IMG/VR virus record: IMGVR_UViG_3300005095_000122
Span: 1 to 62,732 of that record
Length of the DNA: 62,732 bases
From: a virus
Taxonomy: Duplodnaviria > Caudoviricetes
Reading direction: 5' to 3' (one strand)
Within the stretch, counting starts at the first letter, position 1. Each line of letters starts with the position of its first letter. Of this stretch, positions 9,460-18,256 are shown in pieces. Made by a program: the position numbers and the translations under genes. Under the pieces are notes generated by a model. That model was not told the DNA's origin. It saw only the letters and a list, made by a program, of their open reading frames with translations, and searched no databases.

Positions 9460-10960
9460 TCTAAAGGCTCCGCCGGGTACCCCGGCTTGGCAAATTGCGC
9501 AGCTTCCGGTAGAGCAGTTACTCCAACCACCAAGACTGTTTCAGGAGCGGGGAATAGTTCTCCGAGATGACCAATTGCGTGTTTACAACCTAGCCTTAGC
9601 CCTCAAAACTCTTTTGATGGCTTTAGATATGGGTTTAGGCAAGACCTTGACCACTTTGGCCGTTTACGAGTTTCTGCGCGAGCAGGGTCAGGTAAAAACG
9701 GCATTAGTATTAATGCCTCATTCCGAAACCATCCTTCGCAATTGGGAAGTAGAAGTGCGTAAGTGGAACTTACCGTATAAAACGATAGTGTTGAACAAGC
9801 TGCCGACCGAAGAGCGCGACCTTTTCTTGTTACAAAATCGCTTAGGTGCGTTTAATTTAGTGATTATTTCAACCCAGGCTTTTTTAAATTTTTTGAAGCG
9901 GCATCAAGACTACTTTGGCCGGCAGGGACTAATAAACTGGGCGCGCAGGAATGTACAAATGTTAATTTGTGATGAGTCACATTTTCTTTGCAATCCAACA
10001 TCAAAGATTTTTCACGCAGTGGTCAAAGCATTTGTGTTTCAGAATGCAGTGCCGTATCGGTTTCTTTTGTCCGGGACACCTTTTGGAGACGACCTAAAGA
10101 ACGTGTGGGCACCTTACTACGTCTTGGATCGGGGACAGATGTTTGGACCAGATTATCAGGAGTTTTTGCAAACATATTGGGTGTGTTATACAAAACCATT
10201 TCCCCGGTACGTCTTTCGGCAGGAGATGTGGTCGGATTTTCAAATACGTCTTTGGTCACGCATGATTAGATATGCCAAAGAAGAAGTTTTAGAGCTGCCA
10301 GGGAAGCATTACAAGACCGTTTTAGCAGATCTCACGCCGCGGCAGCAATCAGCTTATTTGCGAGAGTTGGAGCGAGCGGCTCCGGAACGCCACGTTCTTC
10401 GGCGCATTGCGTCAGGGCTTTTTGGCCAGTTCTTAGATCCAGAGACCCCAAAGGCTCAGGATCTTTTAACACTAGTGCGAGAGGTGGTATCGCACGGAGG
10501 CCATGTTATAGTGTGGCATTGGTTGGAAGATGAGGGGCGGGCATTAAGCGATTTCCTTTCAGCACAACTGGGGCAATCAGTTGGGGAGTATCGGGCCGAA
10601 ATACCAGAGGCTAAACGCCGAGTCTATCTCAAAGATTGGCACCAGGGCCGGCTCAAAACCTTTGTAGCCAACCCAGCTTCTATGGGCCAAGCTCTAAACC
10701 TCACCGAGGCACGATTGGCGGTGTATTATTCAAACCCAGATTCGTACCGTTTGCGTAAACAGTCGGAGGATCGGATATATAGGCCGGGTCAGTCGGAACA
10801 GGTTTTGGTAGTTGATCTAGCTTCGCGCGGAACAATTGACCAGGTAATTTTAGAGGCATTGCGTCAAAAGAAGTCACTCCAGGAGTATCTTTTTAATGAT
10901 CATTTAATCACACAGCGGTTGCGCGAGGTGGCCCGTGCGGCGATATCGAACACCGGTTGA
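9437..10960 (+). CDS. SNF2-family (SF2) helicase/translocase
   Basis: DMGLGKT, CDESH, LSGTP, ALNLTEA, QSEDRIYRPGQ. Confidence 0.9.
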   Translation: MKAKEALDLKAPPGTPAWQIAQLPVEQLLQPPRLFQERGIVLRDDQLRVYNLALALKTLLMALDMGLGKTLTTLAVYEFLREQGQVKTALVLMPHSETILRNWEVEVRKWNLPYKTIVLNKLPTEERDLFLLQNRLGAFNLVIISTQAFLNFLKRHQDYFGRQGLINWARRNVQMLICDESHFLCNPTSKIFHAVVKAFVFQNAVPYRFLLSGTPFGDDLKNVWAPYYVLDRGQMFGPDYQEFLQTYWVCYTKPFPRYVFRQEMWSDFQIRLWSRMIRYAKEEVLELPGKHYKTVLADLTPRQQSAYLRELERAAPERHVLRRIASGLFGQFLDPETPKAQDLLTLVREVVSHGGHVIVWHWLEDEGRALSDFLSAQLGQSVGEYRAEIPEAKRRVYLKDWHQGRLKTFVANPASMGQALNLTEARLAVYYSNPDSYRLRKQSEDRIYRPGQSEQVLVVDLASRGTIDQVILEALRQKKSLQEYLFNDHLITQRLREVARAAISNTG

Positions 10961-11858
10961 CATTCAGGGATTACTACAAGCACTTCAACTGCCCACAAAA
11001 GATCGCGGACGTAATGTGGGACGGGATCATATAAATATAAACTGCCCCGTGTGTGGCGATACCCGTTTTCATTTGGGATTCCATCGCACGGAAGGATGGT
11101 TTAAATGCCTTCGCTGTGGAGAGGTAAAAGGTCCTTGGGGAGATAAGGCCATTCAAATTTTGTCCAGGGCATCGGGCCTTTCGTTTTTGGAGGTCTATGA
11201 CCTGGCTCAGCAGTACCAGGCAGCGTCGAGTGCTTCTACGTCAGTGCCACAAAACCAGAGTGCAGAAAGGAGTTCGTTTCAGGTAAGTGGTCCAACCCCA
11301 GAGGCCGCCAAAGTCCTTTCAGAATACGCCACAGCGCGTCACTTGCTTCCCGAGGACTTGCAACCTTTAGGGCATCCGCTACCAGAGCCAGTGATTTTTA
11401 AAAACAAGCCATCGTTCTTGTTTCGTCTTCCTGGTTTGGTGGCATTTCGGGGACCTAAGCAGCCGTGGAATTTGTATTTTCATCCACAGGCGGTGCGCAG
11501 TTATCCGCAGCCACCTTTTGAAGGAAAAACTCTTGTCTTGGTAGAGGGATTATTTGATGCTTTTAGGTTTCCGGTGTCTCAGGTGGTGGCAATGTTGACA
11601 AACAGGCCATCACGAACCCTTTTACCACATTTGTCGGGAAAGAAGATAATATTTTGGCCGGATCGCGACATTTATCAGAACAACCCCAAATCAATTTTGA
11701 TGACCATTTCCACACTAAAGGCACTTGGAGCAACTCCAGTATTGTTTCCTTGGGAAAGCATTCCCCCAACTTGGGGAAAAGACCCGGACGAGCTATATTT
11801 ACATTTAGGGAGAGAAGAGTTTAATCGTTTGAGAGATGGTTTGTTGGAGGTGTTATGA
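10935..11858 (+). CDS. DNA primase (Zn-binding domain plus TOPRIM)
   Basis: CPVC...H...CLRC Zn finger, LVEGLFDA, WPDRD, KDPDE. Confidence 0.82.
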   Translation: MRRYRTPVDIQGLLQALQLPTKDRGRNVGRDHININCPVCGDTRFHLGFHRTEGWFKCLRCGEVKGPWGDKAIQILSRASGLSFLEVYDLAQQYQAASSASTSVPQNQSAERSSFQVSGPTPEAAKVLSEYATARHLLPEDLQPLGHPLPEPVIFKNKPSFLFRLPGLVAFRGPKQPWNLYFHPQAVRSYPQPPFEGKTLVLVEGLFDAFRFPVSQVVAMLTNRPSRTLLPHLSGKKIIFWPDRDIYQNNPKSILMTISTLKALGATPVLFPWESIPPTWGKDPDELYLHLGREEFNRLRDGLLEVL

Positions 11859-12232
11859 TGTCGCGAGTACCAAGTCGTCAACAAACAACAGTCCCAACGC
11901 GGGTATATCCGTCAGAGGCCGAGATAATCGAGGCACTGCGCAATACACAGGGATTAATAACGCGTGCCGCATCGGTGTTGGGTGTGTCGGTGATGTGGTT
12001 GCGTGATATGATCGAAGCAACTCCAGCCTTGCAGGAAGTGGTGCAGGAAATCGAAGAGGTGTGGTTAGATGTGGCGGAGGACAAATTGCGGAAGCAATTG
12101 TTACAAGGAAACATCCGCGCACTAGAGTTTTATTTGTCGCGGAAGGGTAAGAGGCGTGGGTATGGAGAGGCCAAGATCGAGATAAATGGAACCGGAAACT
12201 TTCAACTAAATTGGGTAGAGTTGCATCGCTAA
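11855..12232 (+). CDS. Terminase small subunit (HTH)
   Basis: HTH-like ITRAASVLGVS, C-terminal FYLSRKGKRRGY; immediately upstream of TerL. Confidence 0.75.
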   Translation: MMSRVPSRQQTTVPTRVYPSEAEIIEALRNTQGLITRAASVLGVSVMWLRDMIEATPALQEVVQEIEEVWLDVAEDKLRKQLLQGNIRALEFYLSRKGKRRGYGEAKIEINGTGNFQLNWVELHR

Positions 12233-12255
12233 CAGACTGAAAAAGAAGGGAAGAC

Positions 12256-13842
12256 ATGGCCAGACGAGTTCGTTTTGTGTGGGAAGATCCAGGGGAGTTG
12301 GCGCGCCAGCTACGCCGCGGGGAAGTGACAAAAGAGCAGGTAATAAAAGCCGCGCGCAAAGACCCGGTTGGTTGGATTAAGAACGTTTTGGGAGTAAAAC
12401 TTTATGAAAAGCAGGAGCAGATAGTAAAAAGCCTATATCGTCACAAGCGTTTAGCGGTACAGGCAGCGTTTTCCGTGGGAAAAACATTCCTCGCAGCAGC
12501 CATTGCCCTGCATTTCCTTTACAATTACGCCCCTTCAAAAGTAATCACTATAGCTCCCACCTGGCGTCAAGTCATCGGCCTTTTATGGCGTGAGATTCGC
12601 AAACTTTATAAACGAGCACTAGACCGAGGATGGGGTCTCATAGGCAATCTCAAGAAGACAGAGCTTGAGATTGACGAAGACTGGTTCGCGATGGGCTTTT
12701 CAACCCAAACAAGTGATGAGCAGGCCATCGACCGCATAACCGGTTTTCACCAGGAGAATATGTTGGTGATAATGGACCAAGCAGGTGGTTTAGGCGATCT
12801 TTGGTGGCGAGCAGTCAAAACCATGCTCGCCGGGCGGCATAATTACTGGCTAGCTTTGGGTAACACAGCTATTTGGAACTGCCCTTTTCGGCGCATTTGT
12901 TTGGAAGGTGGGATGCCGGGCCTCGGTCGCTGGCACGTCGAGAAAATCACAGCTTACGATTCCCCAAACGTACGTGCCAGGCGTACGGTCATACCCGGGT
13001 TAGTTTCTTGGGAGTGGGTCAGGGATATGGAGTCCCTGGGTCGCGATGACCCTCTCTTTCGCATATATGTTTTGGCCGAATTTGTGGCCGAGTCCGATCT
13101 CTTGCTCATACCCACCGAGGCTCTTGAGGCAGCCCGGACCGCCGAAATAAACATTTCCCCGGAACCCCAAGTCGCATTCGGTCTTGACGTAGCTTTGGAC
13201 GGAGGGGATTATTCAGTTTTGATAGGACTGGATCGCCGGACAGGGCAGCTTTTAGTCCTTCGCCGTATCCGGGGCAATCGCACTCACGGAGTGGTTTCAT
13301 TTGTGGAGTCGGTGGTGAACCAGGTTAAGCAAGTATATGCCCAATCTCAGCCGACGTTGGTGGCCGTGGACGCGGTAGGTATCGGGGCAGGTGTTTATGA
13401 CCTTTTGACAGAGCGGCTATCGGTCCCGGTGATTCCGATAATAGGCTCAGAGTCGCCACAGAATCCCCGCGCATTTTTGAATAAACGGTCTGAATCAGCG
13501 TGGCAATTACGAGAAGCATTTTCAGGGCGACAGATTCGATTACAGGTGCCGCAAGATCGATTTTCGGATTTGGTGGATCGAGAGTCTTATGGGAAATTAC
13601 TGGACCAGTTGCAAAATATGCCGTACCAGTATGACCAGCACGGCCGAATAAAACTACCGCCCAAAACAATTCTCAAGGGCATTTTTGGACATTCACCAGA
13701 TGAGTTTGACGCTTTGGTCTATGCGCACCAGGCGCGACAGGTCGCCGAGGCGTCAGTGGTGCGAGTAGTGACTCCGCAAACACAGGAAGAGTTGAACCCA
13801 TTTGAAGATCCTACTTTATGGGAGGAAGTGGAATGGCATTAG
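12256..13842 (+). CDS. Terminase large subunit
   Basis: YEKQ, Walker A AAFSVGKT, APTWRQ, Walker B VIMDQAG, LGN, RNase H-like GLDVA..G.D, AVDAVGIGAGV, SPDEFDA. Confidence 0.93.
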   Translation: MARRVRFVWEDPGELARQLRRGEVTKEQVIKAARKDPVGWIKNVLGVKLYEKQEQIVKSLYRHKRLAVQAAFSVGKTFLAAAIALHFLYNYAPSKVITIAPTWRQVIGLLWREIRKLYKRALDRGWGLIGNLKKTELEIDEDWFAMGFSTQTSDEQAIDRITGFHQENMLVIMDQAGGLGDLWWRAVKTMLAGRHNYWLALGNTAIWNCPFRRICLEGGMPGLGRWHVEKITAYDSPNVRARRTVIPGLVSWEWVRDMESLGRDDPLFRIYVLAEFVAESDLLLIPTEALEAARTAEINISPEPQVAFGLDVALDGGDYSVLIGLDRRTGQLLVLRRIRGNRTHGVVSFVESVVNQVKQVYAQSQPTLVAVDAVGIGAGVYDLLTERLSVPVIPIIGSESPQNPRAFLNKRSESAWQLREAFSGRQIRLQVPQDRFSDLVDRESYGKLLDQLQNMPYQYDQHGRIKLPPKTILKGIFGHSPDEFDALVYAHQARQVAEASVVRVVTPQTQEELNPFEDPTLWEEVEWH

Positions 13843-14291
13843 AAAACCGTTGGTATTTGTGGAATCGACGAGGTGTGGAATCTCCGGTAGATTCGGTATC
13901 TTTTGTGACGGAAGAGGGACAGGTACGAATTTTTCCAGAGAAGCAAGGTTATTTAAAGATTTTGGTGGGAGAAAAGCCAATACGCTTGAATTTTTACGAG
14001 GGCAAGATACGCTTGGCGGACTTGACGATCGTGGGTGTAGGAGACCTAGGATGTTTGTATTTTGCATTTTGGCGGCGCGGAGACAGTCAGCCACACCCTT
14101 CGTGGTTCGCTGGGGCAATAAATCCCGGACCCAATTGGCGCGATTTTTTGTTGCCGCTACGGCAACAGCGCCGCAAGATAGTTTGGGCAAAGAGGCTTTG
14201 GGGATTTCTGGAGAGAGAAGAGCGCCAGTCGCGGACTGTTTATAAGAGTATATCTTTTGCGCAGCGTTACGGGGTAACCAAGCCGCGGTAA
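13833..14291 (+). CDS. Hypothetical protein (first gene of the terminase-portal insert)
   Basis: ATG 13833 with GGAGG upstream, overlapping the TerL stop; no recognisable motif. Confidence 0.6.
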   Translation: MALENRWYLWNRRGVESPVDSVSFVTEEGQVRIFPEKQGYLKILVGEKPIRLNFYEGKIRLADLTIVGVGDLGCLYFAFWRRGDSQPHPSWFAGAINPGPNWRDFLLPLRQQRRKIVWAKRLWGFLEREERQSRTVYKSISFAQRYGVTKPR

Positions 14292-14300
14292 GGAGACGGT

Positions 14301-15047
14301 ATGGCAGAATTACAACCCATGCCCATATTAACACGCCGTCCAGTTTATGTGCTGTTTTCAGGCGGTCGTGATTCGACCGTAGCTTTGCATTGGGCGAAGA
14401 CGCAGTTCCCATTAGTGAAAGCAATATACGTTTCTTTGAACGATGACTGGTCTTCGCTAATAGAACACGTTCGGCGAGTAGCAGAAACCTTTTCGATTGA
14501 CCTCGAGATCAAGCAAGGTCCAAATCTTTATGATATTTTCGCAGCCGTCGGCCCGAAGCTCACTCCGGCAGCGATGGTGTGCAAAAAAGCAATGCTGGAA
14601 ACGGCACTAAGTGACATCCCAAAAGGTTCAATTTTGGTTTGGGGAAGTACCAGAAAACAGGCAAGCGTGATGGCGCGGATGTCCCAACCCATCCGCCGGG
14701 AGGGGGATTATATCTATATACGTCCTTTGCTTTTTAAAGGGTTTCCCTCGACGCGTTACTATATACGCGCGAATCGCCTTCCCATTTGGGAGGGGTATCG
14801 CCAGGGCTTGAACCGGACCGCCTGCCGTCTATGTCCGGGACAACGTCCTTTTTATTATGCCTTTTTGAGGCGACACCATCCAGATCTTTGGGAGCGACTT
14901 TTACGGTTTGAGCAGCAGTATGGGATTCGTCCGTGGCAGGCCCCTAGAGGGACGGCCTCTTTTACGGATTTGGCCAATTTAGCGGAGGTGTACCGATGTA
15001 CGCAGGGTGAAGTTTCCCGGGATCTCCGGCCAAGCAGGCAATCTTAA
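14301..15047 (+). CDS. PAPS-reductase-family / PP-loop adenylating enzyme (DndC-like fold), possible Fe-S
   Basis: PP-loop FSGGRDS, ..CKK, RPLL, C-terminal RTACRLCP. Confidence 0.8.
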   Translation: MAELQPMPILTRRPVYVLFSGGRDSTVALHWAKTQFPLVKAIYVSLNDDWSSLIEHVRRVAETFSIDLEIKQGPNLYDIFAAVGPKLTPAAMVCKKAMLETALSDIPKGSILVWGSTRKQASVMARMSQPIRREGDYIYIRPLLFKGFPSTRYYIRANRLPIWEGYRQGLNRTACRLCPGQRPFYYAFLRRHHPDLWERLLRFEQQYGIRPWQAPRGTASFTDLANLAEVYRCTQGEVSRDLRPSRQS

Positions 15048-15098
15048 AGAGTTTGCGCGATTGAGCAGACGTTGGTAATCGGAAAAATGGAGGAAGTC

Positions 15099-15521
15099 AT
15101 GAAGCAACAAAAAGAACAAGCACAGCAAGAGCCGAACAAGGGTGAGAGCCTTTTTGAGCGGCTAGGGTTGGCGTCGAGACCTCATGAATCAGTAGTGTAT
15201 CTATACGAGTCTTGGAAACGGACTCGAGAACAAGAGACGTTGGCCAAGCTAGCGTACAGGATTGCAGAATTTGTGCAGGAAGATACGAAGAACCATCTTT
15301 CAACAGCAATGCTATGTGACATTTTGAGTTTTAAACCGGGGAAACAAGAGTTCTTTTATATGTTAGTAAAGACTTTTATGCAGTGGTTTTCGGCCGTGGA
15401 CGAGAACGTGCAGGCAATTATGATTTACACGGTGGATCGTGAGTGGGATAATATGAAGCAGTTGCAGCGTTTTTATACGCAGCAAGCGTCAGAAACGCCC
15501 ACAAATAAAACTTCACATTAG
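15099..15521 (+). CDS. Hypothetical helical protein
   Basis: ATG 15099 with GGAGG at 15089-15093; directly precedes the Ubl-like gene. Confidence 0.6.
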   Translation: MKQQKEQAQQEPNKGESLFERLGLASRPHESVVYLYESWKRTREQETLAKLAYRIAEFVQEDTKNHLSTAMLCDILSFKPGKQEFFYMLVKTFMQWFSAVDENVQAIMIYTVDREWDNMKQLQRFYTQQASETPTNKTSH

Positions 15522-15532
15522 GGAGGTAGAAG

Positions 15533-15970
15533 ATGAGTCAAGAGAATCGTCAGCAGCAGTTACCCATCGTTTTTCCTGACGGGCAGGAGACACAATTGGA
15601 AGAAGTGACTCCTGAGCGTATAACCGAGATCGTACGCTCGCGTCTGGGATCGGCCAGGTTTATGGTGTACGATCAAGAAGGCAATCCCTTAGCTCCAGAG
15701 GATTTGGGAAGTCCGACGGTACGCCGCCTTTATGTAGAGGAGTATAATGAAGCCAAAGCTCCGATTCGCGAAATCCGGGACGAGAAGCGAAATGAGGTTT
15801 GGTACATAGACACCAAGACCGGTGAAGAAGTAAACCCATTTGAGGATGAGGAGACTTTTGTGTGTCCGTCATGTGGTGAGGAATATTCTGAAAACAGCCT
15901 GCCAGATAGGTGTGCTGTTTGTGGAGAGCCGTTGGCGGAATTGGACGACCATGATGATTTGATTTGGTAG
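15533..15970 (+). CDS. Putative ubiquitin-like (beta-grasp) protein with C-terminal Zn-ribbon extension
   Basis: aa 10-76 read as beta-beta-alpha-beta-beta-beta (PIVF-PDG-ETQL / TPERITEIVRSRLG / RFMVYD-QEG / RRLYVEEYNEAKA), followed by CPSC...CAVC. Directly upstream of E1, E2 and JAB genes. The fold is inferred by eye. Confidence 0.6.
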   Translation: MSQENRQQQLPIVFPDGQETQLEEVTPERITEIVRSRLGSARFMVYDQEGNPLAPEDLGSPTVRRLYVEEYNEAKAPIREIRDEKRNEVWYIDTKTGEEVNPFEDEETFVCPSCGEEYSENSLPDRCAVCGEPLAELDDHDDLIW

Positions 15971-15981
15971 GGAGTGAGCAG

Positions 15982-16617
15982 ATGAGCGATCTCTATTTGC
16001 GACAAAAGGAACTAAATCTAAAGGTCCCCGAAGGCGTGATGGTGGTGGGGTGTGGTGGTGTTGGTTCATGGGTAGGATTGTTCTCCGCATTGGCAGGGGT
16101 CGAGAATATTTTGTTGGTAGATCCAGACGTGATTGAGGAACATAATCTAAATCGTACCCCTTTTACTCAGACCCAGGTCGGTCAAAACAAGGCCGAAGCC
16201 TTGGGATTCTTAATAAAAGAGCGGCGGCCGGGGGTACAGCTGGGCGTGGTGCCGCTACGTGTGGAGGATTTGGTTTTGATCGCTCCAGCCGAAGCTTGGG
16301 CGCAGATCCCAGTTGTTTTTGATTGTCGTGACACCAGCGAGCCGCTGCCTGATTTTCTCAAGGGGAAAACGCCAATTGTGGGGGGATATAACGGCAATTC
16401 GATAACACTCCACACATGGCCGGACCTTCGACCAACACCTTTGTGGGGTGCGGTAGGGCAAGGTTACAATACCCCGTCTTGGGTAGCCCCACCGACCCTT
16501 TTGGCTTCTCTATTGATTTTTGCAACGTTCTCTTATGATTTGCCGCGACAGACTCGCATTTCGACGTTGACGATGCAGGATGTTTTTGATCGGGTGATGG
16601 CAAAGCGTTGGCAATAG
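15982..16617 (+). CDS. ThiF/MoeB/E1-family adenylating enzyme
   Basis: YLRQ arginine motif, VVGCGGVGS, DPDVIEEHNLNR, VGQNKAEAL, VFDCRD. Confidence 0.92.
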   Translation: MSDLYLRQKELNLKVPEGVMVVGCGGVGSWVGLFSALAGVENILLVDPDVIEEHNLNRTPFTQTQVGQNKAEALGFLIKERRPGVQLGVVPLRVEDLVLIAPAEAWAQIPVVFDCRDTSEPLPDFLKGKTPIVGGYNGNSITLHTWPDLRPTPLWGAVGQGYNTPSWVAPPTLLASLLIFATFSYDLPRQTRISTLTMQDVFDRVMAKRWQ

Positions 16618-16643
16618 TATTAAAACAGGAGTAGGAGTCGAGA

Positions 16644-17711
16644 ATGTCTTACGAGAATTTGTGTGCGGTGTTGGAGCCTTATGGGTATCAGGTTTTTGCG
16701 ACGGCAGAGACTCGAGTGGCGGCTCCTACTCCACGCATAGCAGCGCGAACAAGTCGCGTAACGTATCACGTCGATATTCCCACGGGTATTCAACCCATAT
16801 CGGTATCGCTAGATGAGATTTTTCCGGCAACAATGCTGCCGACTCAATCCAACTTGTCAAATATACAACTGCCCACTCAAGCAGTGGCAGTGGTTTATAC
16901 GATCGGTGGTAAGCAAGTATTTTTGTTTGATAGGTTTGGGAACTTTTTTATATCAGCTTCGATCCCGTGGGCTTTCATAGGCGGAACCCACTTTCCCCAG
17001 TTAATCTCTTGGATACACGGCAACCACTCCAGGTGGATACAAGACCAAGTAATTGATTTTTTGTCGGCGGTTCAACATTATTATCCAGTAAGAATTGTTG
17101 AAGTGAAAATAGAATTGGATCGTGACGCATTGGCACAACAGTTATCCGATGAGCTGAATCGCCGAGTGGAGGCGATTCGGCGCATGATAGAAGCGGAGGC
17201 CAATGTAAAAGTAAGATTTGCGCAGGAGCAATATAAACAGCTTCAAAAGAAAATTGCAAAGTTGTCGCAAGAATTGGAGCGACAATCTCTTACTAGCATA
17301 AAACCATTTTTGGAGGCGTTGTCTCCGTACAGTTACCAGTTAGAGGGAGATTATTTGATAATAACAAGCCGTTTTGATGTAAGATTTTTGAAAAACAACG
17401 GGGAGATAAAGCCACTTCCTCCGAACAAAGTGGGTCATTTTTACATAGAAAAGTTTCGGTTCAAGATAGGAGAAACGGTAAACCGAGCTCAGGCCCAGGG
17501 ATACCATCCGAATCTCCAGGGCAATTCTCGCGATACGTGGGCAACCTTTTGTTTGGGTGATTTGTCAAATTCGTCTCCAATAAACTTGTTACGGGGCCTA
17601 AAGTCTTTGTTGGAAGTAGGGAATCTTGATTCAAGTTATGGAAACAAAGCAGCAAAAGAGGCGCTAGAGTTATGGCCTCAGTTGACTTCACAAGACGTGT
17701 TATGGAGGTAG
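16644..17711 (+). CDS. Prokaryotic E2/UBC-like conjugating-domain protein with central coiled coil
   Basis: C-terminal YHPN(288-290)...FC(303)LGDL...LLEVGNLDSSY resembles the UBC HPN..C and LxxPNxxS elements; lies between E1 and JAB genes. Confidence 0.7.
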   Translation: MSYENLCAVLEPYGYQVFATAETRVAAPTPRIAARTSRVTYHVDIPTGIQPISVSLDEIFPATMLPTQSNLSNIQLPTQAVAVVYTIGGKQVFLFDRFGNFFISASIPWAFIGGTHFPQLISWIHGNHSRWIQDQVIDFLSAVQHYYPVRIVEVKIELDRDALAQQLSDELNRRVEAIRRMIEAEANVKVRFAQEQYKQLQKKIAKLSQELERQSLTSIKPFLEALSPYSYQLEGDYLIITSRFDVRFLKNNGEIKPLPPNKVGHFYIEKFRFKIGETVNRAQAQGYHPNLQGNSRDTWATFCLGDLSNSSPINLLRGLKSLLEVGNLDSSYGNKAAKEALELWPQLTSQDVLWR

Positions 17712-17714
17712 AAG

Positions 17715-18203
17715 ATGATTTGGCAGTCTGTGTCACTAGTACGAATCCCGATAATTAAGGTGTCTTTAGACGTAAAGTTAATTTTTTCAGGCTTACAGAA
17801 CTACGTGCCAGGAAAAGAACTCTCTGTTCTGTTTAAAGCCGTTCCCACAAAGCGAGGTTTTGAGGTGTTGCCGGAGTGGGTACTGCCCGCTCAAGAGGTC
17901 ACCACCACGTCGGTTGATTATAGGGAAGATCTATCCGCGTTTCGTAAGCAAGGGTTTCTTTGTGTGACCCATTCTCATCCTTTTACTTCGGACAAGGCAT
18001 CGTTTTCAGCAAATGATTGGGACAACATAAATGCAAACTTTCCAGTTTCTTTGTTATTTAATGGAAAGGGAGAGATAACCGATTGGACGCTGACAATAAC
18101 GCCGAAAGAAAATGACCAGATGCGTTTGCAACTGGGAAGGGACGAAGTAGAGTTGCGGGTACGTCCTAGTTTAGACATAAAGTCACGAGTAATTGTGCGT
18201 TAA
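17715..18203 (+). CDS. JAB/MPN+/JAMM metalloprotease
   Basis: Upstream Glu (KELSVLF), PAQEV, and HSHPFTSDKASFSAND (HxH...SxxD). Confidence 0.85.
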   Translation: MIWQSVSLVRIPIIKVSLDVKLIFSGLQNYVPGKELSVLFKAVPTKRGFEVLPEWVLPAQEVTTTSVDYREDLSAFRKQGFLCVTHSHPFTSDKASFSANDWDNINANFPVSLLFNGKGEITDWTLTITPKENDQMRLQLGRDEVELRVRPSLDIKSRVIVR

Positions 18204-18256
18204 CCTGCTTGAATTTTAAGTGGCGCTGCGTATATTCCAAGGTAACGGAGGGAAAT

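Noticed and set aside
14301-15047. True CysH for sulfate assimilation, or a complete Dnd system
   Set aside because: It lacks the C-terminal ECGLH motif of CysH, and no dndA/B/D/E or ssp genes are recognisable.
15982-16617. ThiF gene as an auxiliary thiamine or molybdopterin biosynthesis gene
   Set aside because: No thiG, thiS-GG, moaD or moaE is present; its neighbours are E2-like and JAB genes.
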